Assembly (NCBI GenBank): GCA_964016885.1
Contig: OZ024740.1
Coordinates: 427,304,001-427,368,000, forward strand
Origin: Eledone cirrhosa
Taxonomy: Eukaryota
Direction: 5' to 3'
Length of the DNA: 64,000 nt
In this document: piece after piece, positions 1 to 12,500 of the stretch
Layout: each line of letters starts with the position of its first letter
Position numbering within the stretch: the stretch's first letter is position 1
The notes under the pieces: generated by a model
Databases searched by the model: none
What the model was told of the DNA's origin: nothing
What the model saw: the letters and a program-made list of their open reading frames with translations, nothing else
Position numbers and translations under genes: made by a program

Positions 1-365
1 TTCTCGAATTCTCGTTATATCAGATTATCAGAGAAAGAAAATATTTGTTGCAAGCAAACAGAAAGAACTGCAAAGAAGGAGAAGAGAAGGAAATTGAAGG
101 ATATTGACAAATGTAAATCCATGCAAAGCTGTGTATGTAAGGACTGGTCGATAGTAAATAGATCTGTTATATAGAAGGAAGGTGGACGGGGGAATAGAGG
201 AACGTGGGGTTGGGGGAGATGAGAGGATTGGCGGAGAGGTGGGTGGAAGAAGTTGATTAAAAGGAAGAAGATGGAACATTAAGAAGAGCTGAATGAAGAG
301 GAGGAGATGAGGAATATCAGTATTAGGGGTGAAATAAAATGATAAAAGGATAACAATCGTAATGA

Positions 366-566
366 TAATAATAATAATTGTTTCTACTTTTGGCACAAGA
401 CCAGCAATTATCCCAATTTATTACTGGTACTATATTTTATCGCCCCGTAAGGATGTAACACAAAGTTAACCTCGGCGGGATTTGAACTCAGACCATAAAG
501 GGCCGTAACTCTTTGCCTCAAAGCTTGGTGTCCGATCTCTACCGATACTGCCACTCCACCGCCCTT
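366..566 (-). mobile_element. tRNA-derived SINE, family A, full length
   Basis: Reverse complement matches the repeated consensus GGCGGTGGATTGGCAGTATCGG (A-box-like)...GAGTTCAAATCCC (B box)...GCCTTTCATCCTTACGGGGTCGATAAAATAAAGTACCAG...GGCCTTGTGCCAAAAGTAGAAACA(ATT)n. Confidence 0.9.
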
Positions 567-569
567 CGT

Positions 570-767
570 AATAATAATGGTAATAATAATTGTTTCTACT
601 TTAGGCACAAGGCCAGCAATTATCCCAGTGTATTACTGGTACTTTATTTTATCGACTCCGTAAGGATGAAAGGCAAAGTTAACCTCGGCGGGATTTGTAC
701 TCAGATCGTAAAGGGACGTAACTATGCTGGAAGGCATGGCGTCCGACCTTCTACCGATACTGTCAAT
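570..767 (-). mobile_element. SINE family A copy, 5' end cut by the adjacent LINE tail
   Basis: Same consensus; the head stops at ...GATACTGTCAAT where the (AAT)n tail of the next element starts. Confidence 0.9.
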
Positions 768-769
768 GG

Positions 770-1160
770 TAATAATAATAATGATTTCATCTATTGGCCA
801 TAAGGACCGGCATGTAGGGTACAATACAAAGACAGGGACAGTGGGAGTTTACAATAAGGTCGAGTAAAAGTGCACAATGGCAGGACTAATTTAACAATGA
901 AGATGTAAAAAATATAAAATAAACTATGCATAAATATAACAAAATAAATTCCCCTATATGGGGCGGGGACACGACCCAGGGTGACTCAGGTGACCCACCA
1001 ATCCTAAACCACCCTGCGCTTCTAGGGCACCCATGGAGAGCACCCCTCTCGCCACATTTATCCACTTTTTAGCAAATGTACTGGGGGCAGCACTTCTCTC
1101 TCCACCCTCACCTTCCTTTCCAGGTGAAACTTGAAGAAGTTGATGAGGGATTAGCCGAAC
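770..1160 (-). mobile_element. 3' end of an L1/Tx1-type non-LTR retrotransposon (ORF2 C-terminus, 3' UTR, (ATT)n tail)
   Basis: Minus strand reads SLINFFKFHLERKVRVEREVLP/STFAKKWINVAR with one frameshift, resembling Tx1-type ORF2 C-termini; ends CCGGTCCTTATGGCCAATAGATGAAATC(ATT)n. Confidence 0.65.
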
Positions 1161-1165
1161 CATAA

Positions 1166-1218
1166 AGAAGAAGAAGAAGAAGAAGAAGAAGAAGAAGAAG
1201 AAGAAGAAGAAGAAGAAG
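1166..1218 (+). repeat. (GAA)n microsatellite
   Basis: About 17 perfect GAA units. Confidence 0.95.
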
Positions 1219-1407
1219 AGTTTGAGTAGGAGTGTGAGTAGGAGTGCGAGTAGTAGGAGGATACAGGAGAAATAGTGTGGGTGTTGGAAATGGAACCAAA
1301 AGGAAAATGAACGCCACTGGCAATGACCATAAACACAAGGACTCTGGTCAATACAGGAAGAAGATTAAAACAAACAAAAATATAAGTTAATGATGATAGT
1401 TTCCCAG

Positions 1408-1602
1408 ATAATAATTGTTTCTACTTTTGGCACAAGGCCACAATTACCCAGTGCATTACTGGTACTTTATTTTATCGACCCCATAAGGTTGAAAGGCAAA
1501 GTTAACCTCGGCGGGATTTGAACTCAGATCATAAAGGGACGTAACTCTATGCTTCAAAGCATGGCGTGCGACCGTCTACCGATACTGCCAATCCACCGCC
1601 TT
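1408..1602 (-). mobile_element. SINE family A, full length
   Basis: Matches consensus from head to tail. Confidence 0.9.
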
Positions 1603-1607
1603 TCTCA

Positions 1608-1880
1608 GATAATAAGGATTCTCTCTAACATTGGCACAAGGCTAGAAATTTGGGAAAGGGGAAAGTCAATTTTATCGACCTCAGTACGTGACTGGTATTA
1701 TATTTTATTAATCCCAGAAAGAGAAAAGAAAAGTTAATAGAGGGTAAAGTCGATTAAATGGACACCCGAGTATTACAGGTACCTTATTTTATCGACACAA
1801 TAATGATGAAAGACAAAGCTAATCTTACAAGGATCAGCACACAGATTGTAAAGGGACGTAACACTATGCCGTAAAGCATA
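1608..1880 (-). mobile_element. Two older, diverged partial SINE copies (long-variant subfamily)
   Basis: GGCACAAGGC, TTTTATCGAC and GATGAAAG motifs plus the extra GGGAAAGTC.A segment seen in the long variant. Confidence 0.7.
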
Positions 1881-1906
1881 ATAACAATAATCATTATTAA
1901 TAATAT

Positions 1907-2107
1907 GGGTGGATTGGCAGTATCGGTAGAGGGTCGGACGCCATGCTTTCCAGCATAGTTACGTCCCTTTACGATCTGAGTTCAAATCCCGCCGAGGTTG
2001 ACTTTGCCTTTCATCCTTACGGGGTCGATAAAATAAAGTACCAGTAATGAACTGGGTAATTGCTGGCCTTGTGCCTAAAGTAGAAACAATTATTAATAAT
2101 ATTATTA
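1907..2107 (+). mobile_element. SINE family A
   Basis: Matches consensus on the plus strand, (ATT)n tail. Confidence 0.9.
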
Positions 2108-2122
2108 AGGCGGTGGATTATT

Positions 2123-2318
2123 AAGGCGGTGGATTGGCAGTATCGGTAGAGGGTCGGATGCTATGCTTTGACTCATAGAGTACGGCCCTTGCCATTCTGA
2201 GTTCAAATCCCGCCGAGGATAACTTTGCCTTTCATCCTTACGGGGTCGATACAATAAAGTACTAGTAATGGACTGGGTTTATTGCTGGCCTTGTGCCAAA
2301 AGTAGAAACAATTATTAT
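2123..2318 (+). mobile_element. SINE family A, preceded by a 16-bp duplicated start (ATTATTAAGGCGGTGG x2)
   Basis: Matches consensus; duplication at 2101-2116 and 2117-2132. Confidence 0.9.
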
Positions 2319-2459
2319 CAGAAAAATAGTAGATAGTTAAAGACAAATAACGGCATTGCCTCATGTGCTACAGATAGCAAGCCTGCTATTCATGCAAGAA
2401 TCAGGAGCTCCAACAAAGTCTGAGATAAAAGAACTGGTTTCTGGTTAGGCGCAAACCCA

Positions 2460-3030
2460 GCGCTCTTCAACACTGGAGAATGGCCTGGATTACCCTTCCA
2501 GGTGCCGAGTTAAAAAACTACCTATTAGTTCAGATTAATATTTGTTCCTCTCAAAGAATTTTACTGTTTTAGGAAGGTGGTGACCATCCCAATCTACGAG
2601 GTTTTTCACGCCAACACGGTGAACTCGTCCACATATACAATCGCAGCTCTTCCGTTTCCTGGTTCGAACAGAATGCCATTCAACTGCTTCAGCTTCCGCC
2701 TCAGTAGCCTGAGAGTAAATGTACAAAATAGAGGAGAGAAAGCAACCTTGACGGTGTGAGACTGTGATCTGAATCTATTCCAATCGTTTGCCATTTAGTA
2801 TGTTCACCGAATAAATTCCACTGTGTATTGAAGCGAGACAAAACCTATCTGCATTGGGGAAGGTATCGATATTTGACCCTATCGAAATATTTCGATTGAT
2901 TCAGATTGATCAGAGCACCACCAAATCGAGGATTATTCCTTACTATCTTTATAATATGAGGCATGAGATGGAGGTTGCCGTCAACAGATCTGTTTGGGGT
3001 TGCGCAATTCTGCGATTTTTCAAATAATAG
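2460..3030 (-). pseudogene. Decayed reverse transcriptase of an L1/Tx1-type LINE
   Basis: Minus-strand motifs in correct order with frameshifts: QNCATPNRSVDGNLHLM, GGALINLNQSKYFDRV (cf. LDQxKAFDRV), RQGCFLS (cf. RQGCPLS), AIVYVDEFTV (cf. YADD), LGTWKG. Confidence 0.8.
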
Positions 3031-3604
3031 TAAACAATATACACACTAATTTATAGCCCAAAAGAAAGGATGCATGACGAAACGGCATCCTTTGTCTAAT
3101 GGGCTATGTATTCTTATGTACAGCATGAAATCATTTTTATTCAGCTTAATGAATGTGTTGCAAAGTTTGAGGTGCCAAGACGGAGGGTTGAAGGGCGAAT
3201 CACTCCAATTATAAAGGACACTATGAAAGGTGGACACCGTTGACTGGAATACTATTTTTGTAAATGTACCATCAACTGTTAAACACAGCTTCTTCTCTAG
3301 AGAAGAAACAGGCTGTAGGAGAACAAACATCAATAGGATGAATGGATCAAATCGTAGACAACATAGTGATGAGAGAGTTTAAAGTCTGGAGGACCACCTC
3401 TATATGGAATGGAGAGACTTTAATAACTCTTACGATATAGGGCACCATTCGTCGTCATTCAGGAATCTATAGGAATATTTAAGGCGTCAGGTAGTCTAAG
3501 AAAATTGGTAGAATCTAGCAGGAGTGATTGGAGGATTAATCTGTATTCAAATAATACTTTCCTGGCGAATGTGAATATAAGATGTAGTTTTCGTGTCTCT
3601 GCGC

Positions 3605-3650
3605 ACGCACACACATATACATACGTACATGCATGCATACATACATACAT

Positions 3651-3726
<76 letters not shown>

Positions 3727-3757
3727 CATATACGGAGAAAGAGGGAGAGTATGTGTG

Positions 3758-3830
<73 letters not shown>
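3605..3830. repeat. Compound microsatellite (CATA)n(CA)n...(TA)n(GA)n
   Basis: Direct reading. Confidence 0.95.
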
Positions 3831-3832
<2 letters not shown>

Positions 3833-4652
3833 TGTTGATCTATAGATAAATAGATAGATACATAAATAGATATACGTACATATATACAAATATATAATAC
3901 AAATATACATATCTAAACATATAAATGTGTAAACGCTATTGGATTGCCGTTTTCACTTCCTTGGTGGGTTTAGCTTTTCATCACGTGTGATGTCGAAAGT
4001 TCCTCTCCTAACTAGCCAAGCTTGGTGATGTTGCCGGTTAGGTCCACAAGAATACGTCCGTGTGAATGGTTGTGTTGGGATACGTGTTAGTAGTATCGCT
4101 CAACATCAACCTGGCCCACAATTATATATATGTAAACATATACATAAACACGTTCATACTCATATATATAGATAGACTGACTGGCATTGATACACGCACA
4201 TACACACTCTCTCACACACACATTCACGCAAACACAGATTTTCGTTTAATTATTAAGTAGATTTAATTAAATATATATTTACTGGCAAAATATAAAGAAA
4301 AATAAAGAAGGAATTGGTTAAGGGAACTAATTCTATAACGTCATCTACATCACTGAACCCCGCAGAAAATTTGGTGAAAGCCTTTCCTCAGAGAACAGCC
4401 AGCAATACTCACTGCATCAGTCATTTCACCTCACAGGAAACATTCCTTAATTGAGATCTAATTCTCCCGATTTTACAGAGTAAATCAGCAGTCCGGTAAC
4501 TGTGGACACCATAGGTACCAATGGAACACTGGGAAAATGGAAGTGATCGATCAAATCTCGGTATTTGATCGTAAATTATCTAGGTTATGTTGATCAAGTG
4601 GGCGTCACAAGAGAACCGACCAATACTGTACTAAACAAGATAGTTGATTCTC

Positions 4653-4772
4653 AACATTTGTGTGGTTGAGATACACGGTGGCTAAATCATAGGGCCACTA
4701 TAATGTAGGAACAACATTTGTGTGGCTGACATACACGGTGGCTAAATCATAGGGCCACTATAATACAGGAAC
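4653..4772 (+). repeat. 60-bp tandem duplication
   Basis: AACATTTGTGTGG.TGA.ATACACGGTGGCTAAATCATAGGGCCACTATAAT..AGGAAC occurs twice head to tail. Confidence 0.9.
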
Positions 4773-5288
4773 AAACATCATCAGTCAGTGAACTGGTTGA
4801 TGAAGTGGCCACCGAATCATTCCACGTGCTGTTGTTTGCCAGCGAAACAGACCGGAGATAAACAACACGGGTTTTGTCAAAGGAAGACTTGATTCCTACA
4901 CAGGCCGAACTACACTTCATATAGTCCAATTTGCTTTAGTACTATGCATGCTGTGGTAAAGTGAAACCACCTCTAACAGAGACAGTCAGAGCCAACTCAA
5001 GGTCTCTCTCGACAGTAGCTGCCTATGATTTGCAAGACATATCCTAAATGAGGGCAAGACTGAAGACAAACGAACGGTAAGCCGACAGCTTAAGTTCAGA
5101 TGTTGAACGGCCAGTGAACCTCAGGGAAAGTTTCGCCTGTTGCAAGGCTGTATCCTTAAAAAATATATTGCAAGTAAATTTTCACTACAATTGTAAATTC
5201 AGGCCTAGTCATACACAGGCTTACACGTATTTACACAGATACACATCCATATATATGTACACTCACGCACACATATATATATACATAC

Positions 5289-5362
<74 letters not shown>

Positions 5363-5564
5363 ATATATTTATTTAGGTTTGAAGGTTCACCATTGGATAG
5401 AGCTGGTCAATTCCGTATGGTCAATCTTGATGTAATATGGAGAGTACTCAACGTAAAGCAGTTCAACCGCCTTCGTTTGTGTAGTTGGTGGTGCGTGTAC
5501 GGAGTTAAATATTATAATAAAAGAACAGAAGGCTGGACTTGTGTAAATCCTTGAAAGGTTTATT

Positions 5565-5622
5565 ATACTATGATCATTTCAATGACCGGGTTCCGTATGT
5601 ATCCGGTGATATCATCAGGTAT
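5565..5622 (-). ncRNA. Type I hammerhead ribozyme motif (left arm)
   Basis: Reverse complement of the 5819-5876 motif with intact core. Confidence 0.7.
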
Positions 5623-5818
5623 TCCAAATATAATAAATGAATGTAACAGATATAATCCTGGGGCTGAAAATCATAGACCCGAGGACGACCGACCATCTAG
5701 CACTCAAGTACTTGAGGGCGACCGGCTAAAGTGGAAGATGCTAGATGGTCGGTCGTCCTCGGGTCTATGATTTTCAGCCCCAGGATTTTATCTGTTACAT
5801 TCATTTATTATATTTCGA

Positions 5819-5876
5819 ATACCTGATGATATCACCGGATTCATACGGAACCCGGTCATTGAAATGATCATAGTAT
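5819..5876 (+). ncRNA. Type I hammerhead ribozyme motif (right arm)
   Basis: Stem I ATAC/GTAT; core CTGATGA at 5823-5829; stem II ACCGG/CCGGT; GAAA at 5861-5864; palindromic stem III ATGATCAT; cleavage triplet AUA. Confidence 0.7.
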
Positions 5877-5969
5877 AATAAACCTTTCAAGGATTTACAC
5901 GAGTCCAGCCTCATGTTATTTTATTATATTATATATATATATATATATATATAGCGCGCGCGCGCGCGA

Positions 5970-6009
<40 letters not shown>

Positions 6010-6574
6010 TATAGACAGACAGATAGATAGACAGATAGACAGATAGATAGAATAATAGAGATAGAGATACAGACATAGACATAGATAATTTAGCATATCG
6101 ACATTTTAAACATTTTCAGCTCCATCCTATTTTCAATGATTGATGTTTGAATATTTTATATATTTACACATCTACTGATTTATGTATATTTATTTATAAA
6201 TTTATCTATTTAACAACTGATACTTCTTTTTTTGTTTTTTACAGGTTTGAGTCTTCAAAAATTTTTTCTGCTTTTTAACTTTTTAAAAATATATTTTTCA
6301 TATTTACAATGTTAGTGTATTAGTTACTAGTGATGATATGACTATGGTATGCTATGAAATTTATATATGTCTATATGTCGATAACTTTTCTTAAGTAAAT
6401 GTTTTCGGTTAGATATCAAACCTTACTCATATTTCAAAGTAAATCTTCTTGAAATACCACAACAAGAACGCCATCGAGGTCCTCCTTTACTTCCTTTCTC
6501 TTTTCTTTTCTTTCCTTTTTTCACTTTATTTCTATGTTGCTGATTTGGCGCAATAGTTTTAGTTTTAGTAGCTG

Positions 6575-9500
6575 ACTGAGGAGGAAGGTCGGTGGGTAGT
6601 GGGTGGAGGTTACAGTGGGGGGGGGGGATGATTGGTGGGGAGTTGGTGGAGGTTACAGTGGAGAGGAAGGTTGGTGGGTAGTGCGGTGGGGGTTACACTG
6701 GGGAGCAAGGTGGGTGGGTAGTTGGTGGAGGTTACAGTGGAGAGGAAGGTTGGTGGGTAGTGAGATGGGGGTTACATTGGGGAGGAAGGTCGATGGGTAG
6801 TGAGATGGGGGTTACACTGGGGAGGAAGGTCGGTGGGTAGTGAGATGGGGGTTACACTGGGGAGGGAGGTCGATGGGTAGTGAGATGGGGGTTACACTGG
6901 GGAGGAAGGTCGATGGGTAGTGAGATGGGGGTTACACTGGGGAGGGAGGTCGATGGGTAGTGGGATGGGGTTACACTGGGGAGGAAGGTCGATGGGTAGT
7001 GAGATGGGGGTTACACTGGGGAGGAAGGTCGATGGGTAGTGAGATGGGGGTTACACTGGGGAGGGAGGTCGATGGGTAGTGGGATGGGGTTACACTGGGG
7101 AGGAAGGTCGATGGGTAGTGAGATGGGGGTTACACTGGGGAGGAAGGTCGGTGGGTAGTGGGATGGGGGTTACACTGGGGAGGAAGGTCGGTGGGTAGTG
7201 GGATGGGGGTTACACTGGGGAGGGAGGTCGATGGGTAGTGGGATGGGGTTACACTGGGGAGGAAGGTTGGTGGGTAGTGGGATGGGGGTTACACTGGGGA
7301 GGGAGGTCGATGGTTAGTGAGATGGGGGTTACACTGGGGAGGAAGGTCGGTGGGTAGTGGGATGGGGGTTACACTGGGGAGGGAGGTCGATGGGTAGTGA
7401 GATGGGGGTTACACTGGGGAGGGAGGTCGATGGGTAGTGGGATGGGGGTTACACTGGGGAGGAAGGTCGGTGGGTAGTGGGATGGGGGTTACACTGGGGA
7501 GGGAGGTCGATGGGTAGTGAGATGGGGGTTACACTGGGGAGGGAGGTCGATGGGTAGTGGGATGGGGGTTACACTGGGGAGGAAGGTCGGTGGGTAGTGA
7601 GATGGGGGTTACACTGGGGAGGAAGGTCGATGGGTAGTGAGATGGGGGTTACACTGGGGAGGAAGGTCGGTGGGTAGTGGGATGGGGGTTACACTGGGGA
7701 GGGAGGTCGATGGGTAGTGAGATGGGGGTTACACTGGGGAGGAAGGTTGGTGGGTAGTGGGATGGGGTTACACTGGGGAGGAAGGTCGATGGGTAGTGGG
7801 ATGGAGGTTACACTGGGGAGGAAGGTCGATGGGTAGTGGGATGGGGGTTACACTGGGGAGGAAGGTCGGTGGGTAGTGAGATGGGGGTTACACTGGGGAG
7901 GGAGGTCGATGGGTAGTGGGATGGGGGTTACACTGGGGAGGAAGGTTGGTGGGTAGTGGGATGGGGTTACACTGGGGAGGAAGGTCGATGGGTAGTGGGA
8001 TGGAGGTTACACTGGGGAGGAAGGTCGATGGGTAGTGGGATGGGGGTTACACTGGGGAGGAAGGTCGGTGGGTAGTGAGATGGGGGTTACACTGGGGAGG
8101 AAGGTCGATGGGTAGTGAGATGGGGGTTACACTGGGGAGGAAGGTCGGTGGGTAGTGGGATGGGGGTTACACTGGGGAGGGAGGTCGATGGGTAGTGAGA
8201 TGGGGGTTACACTGGGGAGGAAGGTTGGTGGGTAGTGGGATGGGGTTACACTGGGGAGGAAGGTCGATGGGTAGTGGGATGGAGGTTACACTGGGGAGGA
8301 AGGTCGATGGGTAGTGGGATGGGGGTTACACTGGGGAGGAAGGTCGGTGGGTAGTGAGATGGGGGTTACACTGGGGAGGGAGGTCGATGGGTAGTGGGAT
8401 GGGGGTTACACTGGGGAGGAAGGTTGGTGGGTAGTGGGATGGGGTTACACTGGGGAGGAAGGTCGATGGGTAGTGGGATGGAGGTTACACTGGGGAGGAA
8501 GGTCGATGGGTAGTGGGATGGGGGTTACACTGGGGAGGAAGGTCGGTGGGTAGTGAGATGGGGGTTACACTGGGGAGGAAGGTTGGTGGGTAGTGGGATG
8601 GGGTTACACTGGGGAGGAAGGTCGATGGGTAGTGAGATGGGGGTTACACTGGGGAGGAAGGTGGGTGGGTAGTGAGATGGGGGTTACACTGGGGAGGGAG
8701 GTCGATGGGTAGTGGGATGGGGTTACACTGGGGAGGAAGGTCGATGGGTAGTGAGATGGGGGTTACACTGGGGAGGAAGGTTGGTGGGTAGTGAGATGGG
8801 GGTTACACTGGGGAGGGAGGTCGATGGGTAGTGGGATGGGGTTACACTGGGGAGGAAGGTCGATGGGTAGTGAGATGGGGGTTACACTGGGGAGGAAGGT
8901 CGATGGGTAGTGGGATGGGGGTTACACTGGGGAGGAAGGTCGGTGGGTAGTGAGATGGGGGTTACACTGGGGAGGAAGGTTGGTGGGTAGTGGGATGGGG
9001 TTACACTGGGGAGGAAGGTCGATGGGTAGTGGGATGGAGGTTACACTGAGGAGAAATATTGGTGGGTAGTGGGATGGAGGTTACACTGGGGAGGAAGGTT
9101 GGTGGGTAGTGGGATGGAGGTTACACTGGGGAGGAAGGTTGGTGGGTAGTGGGATGGAGGTTACACTGGGGAGGAAGGTTGGTGGGTAGTGGGATGGGGG
9201 TTACACTGGGGAGGAAGGTTGGTGGGTAGTGGGATGGGGTTACACTGGGGAGGAAGGTCGGTGGGTAGTGGGATGGGGGTTACACTGGGGAGGGAGGTCG
9301 ATGGGTAGTGGGATGGGGGTTACACTGGGGAGGAAGTTTGGGTGGTAGTGGGATGGAGGTTAGAGTGGGGCGAAAGGGAGGTGGGTAGTGGGATGGAGGT
9401 GACAGTGGGGAGAAAGGTTGCAGGGTAGTGGCATGGAGGTTCATTGGGGATAAAGGTTGGTGGGTTGTGGGATGGAGGTTACAGTGGGGAGGAAGGTTGG

Positions 9501-12500
9501 TGGGTAGTGGGATGGAGGTTACAATTGGGAGAAAGATAGGTGGGTAGTGGGATGGAGGTTATGGTGGGGCAAAAGGTGGGTGGGTAGTGGGATGGAGGTT
9601 AGAGTCAGGAGAAATTTTGGTGGGTAGTGGGATGGAGGTTTCAGTGGGCAGGAAGGTTGGTGGGTAGTGGGATGGCGGTTACAATGGGCAGGAAGGTTGG
9701 TGGGTAGTTGGATGGAGGTTAGAGTGGGGCGAAAGAATGGTGGGTAGTGGGATGGAGGTTACAGTGGGCAGGAAGTTTGGTGGGTAGTGGGATGGATGTT
9801 AGAGTGGGGCGAAATGTTGGTGGGTAGTGGGATGGAGGTTAGAGAGGGGAGAAAGTTTGGTGGGTAGCGGGATGGAGGTTAGAGTGGGGAGAAAGGTTGG
9901 TGGGTAGTTGGATGGAGGTTATAGTGGGCAGGAAGGTTGGTGGGTAGTTGGATGGAGGTTAGAGTGGGGCGAAAGGTTGGTGGGTAGTGGGATGGAGGTT
10001 ACAGTGGGGAGGAATGTTGGTGGGTAGTGGGATGGAGGTTAGAGTGGGGAGAAAGGTTGGTGGGTAGTGGGATGGAGGTTTCAGTGGGAAGGAAGGTTGG
10101 TGGGTAGTGGGATGGAGGTTACAGTGGGCAGGAAGGTTGGTGGGTAGTTGGATGGAGGTTACAGTGGGGAGGAAGGTTGGTGGGTAGTTGGATGGAGGTT
10201 ACAGTGGGGAGAAAGGTTGGTGGGTAGTGGGATGGAGGTTAAAGTGGGGAGACATTTTGGTGGGTTGTGGGATGGAGGTTACAGTGAGCAGGAAGATTGG
10301 TGGGTAGTGGAATGGAGGTTACACTGGGGAGGAAGGTTAGTGGGTAGTTGGATGGATGTTACAGTGGGGAGGAATGTTGGTGGGTAGTGGGATGGATGTT
10401 ACAGTGGGGAGAAATAAAGGTGGGTAGCGGGATGGTGGTTACAGTGGGGAAGAAGGTTGGTGGGTAGTGGGATGGAGATTACACTGGGGAGGAAGGTTGG
10501 TGGGTATTGGGATGGAGGTTACAGTGGGGAGGATGGTTGGTGGGTAGTGGGATTGGGGTTAGAGTGGGGAGAATGTTTGGTGGGTAGTGGGATGGAGGTT
10601 ACAGTGTGGAGAAAGTTGGTGGGTAGGGGGATGGAGGTTACAGTGGGGAGAAAGGTTGGTGGGTAGTGGGAGGAATTTAGAGTGGGGCGAAAGGTTGGGG
10701 GTGGTGGGATGGACGTTACAGTGGGGAGAAAGGTTGGTGGGTAGTGGGATGCAGGTTAAACTGGGGAGGAAGGTTGGTGGGTATGGGATGGAGTTTAGAG
10801 TAGGGAGAATGATTGGTGGGTAGTGGGAGGGAGGTTACAGTGGGGAAGAAGGTTGGTGGGTAGTGGAATGGGGGTTACACTGGGGAGGAAGGTTGGTGGG
10901 TAGTGGGAAGGAGGCTACATTGGGGAGAAAGGTTGGTGGGTAGTGGGATGCAGGTTAAACTGGGGAGGAAGGTTGGTGGGTATGGGATGGAGTTTAGAGT
11001 AGGGAGAAAGATTGGTGGGTAGTGGGATGGAGGTTACAGTGGGGAAGAAGGTTGGTGGGTATTGGGATGGAGGTTAGAGTGGGGAGAAAGCAGGGTGGGT
11101 AGCGGGATGGAGATTACTGTGGGGAGGAATGTTGGTGGGTAGTGGGATTGGGTTTAAACTGGGGAGGAAGTTTGGTGGGTAGTGGGATGGAGTTTAGAGT
11201 GGGCAGAAAGGTTGGTGGGTAGTGGGATGGAGGTTTAAGTGGGGAGGAAGTTTGGTGTGTAGTGGGATGGAAGTTACAGTGGGGAGGAAAGTTGGTAGGT
11301 AGTGGAATGGGGCTTACACTGGGGAGGAAGGATGGTGGGTAGTGGGATGCAGGTTAAACTGGGGAGGAAGGTTGGTGGGTAGTGGGATGGCGGTTAGAGT
11401 GGGGAGAAAGGTGGTGGATAGTGGGATGGAGTTTACAGTGGCGAGAAATGTTGGTGGGTAGTGGGATGGAGGTTAGAGTGGGGCGAAATATTGGTGGGTA
11501 GTGGGATGGAGGTTAGAGTGGGGAGTAAGTTTGGTGGGTAGTGGGATGGAGGTTACATTGGGGAGAAAGGTTGGTGGGTAGTTGGGTGGAGGTTACAGTG
11601 GGGAGAATGGTTGGTGGGTAGTGAGATAGAGGTTAGAGTGGGGGGAAAGGTTGGTGTGTAGTGGGATGGAGGTTACAGTGGGGAGAAAGGTGGTGGGTAG
11701 TGGGATGGAGGTTACACTGGGGAGGAAGGTTGGTGGGTAGTGGGATGGAGATTATAGTGGGGGAGAATGTTGGTGGGTAGTGGGATGGAGGTTAGACCGG
11801 GGAGAAAGGTTGGTGGCTAGTGGGATGGAGGTTACAGTGGGGAGAAAGGTTGGTAGGTAGTGGGATGTAGGTTACAGTAGGGAGAAATGTTGGTGGGTAG
11901 TTGGATGGAGGTTACAGTGGGGAGAAAGGTTGGTGTGTAGTGGGATGGAGGTTATAGATGGGAGGATATAAGGTGGGTAGTGGGATGGAGGTTAGAGTGG
12001 TGCGAATGTGAGGTGGGTAGTGGGATGGAGGCTACAGTTGGAGAAAGGTTAGTGGGTAGTGGGATAGAGGTTACAGTGGGGAGAAAGGTTGGTGGGTAGT
12101 GGGATGGAGGTTAGAGTGGGACGAAAGAGAGTTGGGTAGTGGAATGGAGGTTACAGTAGGGAGAAAGGTTGGTGGGTAGTGCAATGGGAGTTACAGTGGG
12201 GAGGAAGGTTGGTGGTTAGTGAGATGGAGGTTAGTGGGGAGAAAGGGGGGTGGGTAGCGGGTTGGAGGTTACAGTGGGAAGGAAGTTTCGTGGGTAGTGA
12301 GATGGAGGTTAGACTGGGTAGCAAAGTTGGTGGGTAGTGGTATGGAGGTTACACTGGGAGGAAGGTTGGTGGGTAGTGGGTTGGAGGTTACACTAGGGGG
12401 GAAAGGTGGGTGGGTAGTGGAATTGGGGTTACTCTGGGGAGGAAGGTTGGTGGGTAGTGGGATGGAGGTTACACTGGGGAGGAAGGTTGGTGGGTAGTGT

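Larger units (their letters stand above)
5375..5928. mobile_element. Fold-back PLE terminal fragment: 190-bp inverted arms (5513-5702 / 5739-5928) plus a one-sided tail (5375-5512)
   Basis: Near-perfect inverted repeat; each arm holds a hammerhead motif followed by AATAAA; flanked by (TA)n/(TAAA)n. Confidence 0.7.

Noticed and set aside
1907-2000. tRNA genes suggested by A/B boxes
   Set aside because: They are SINE heads followed by body, tail and often TSDs; no cloverleaf
4780-5150. Possible LINE ORF2 3' remnant on the minus strand
   Set aside because: Only vague similarity with several stops; not supportable
6215-6260. Strong polypyrimidine/TTACAG splice acceptor
   Set aside because: No credible downstream exon or partner donor
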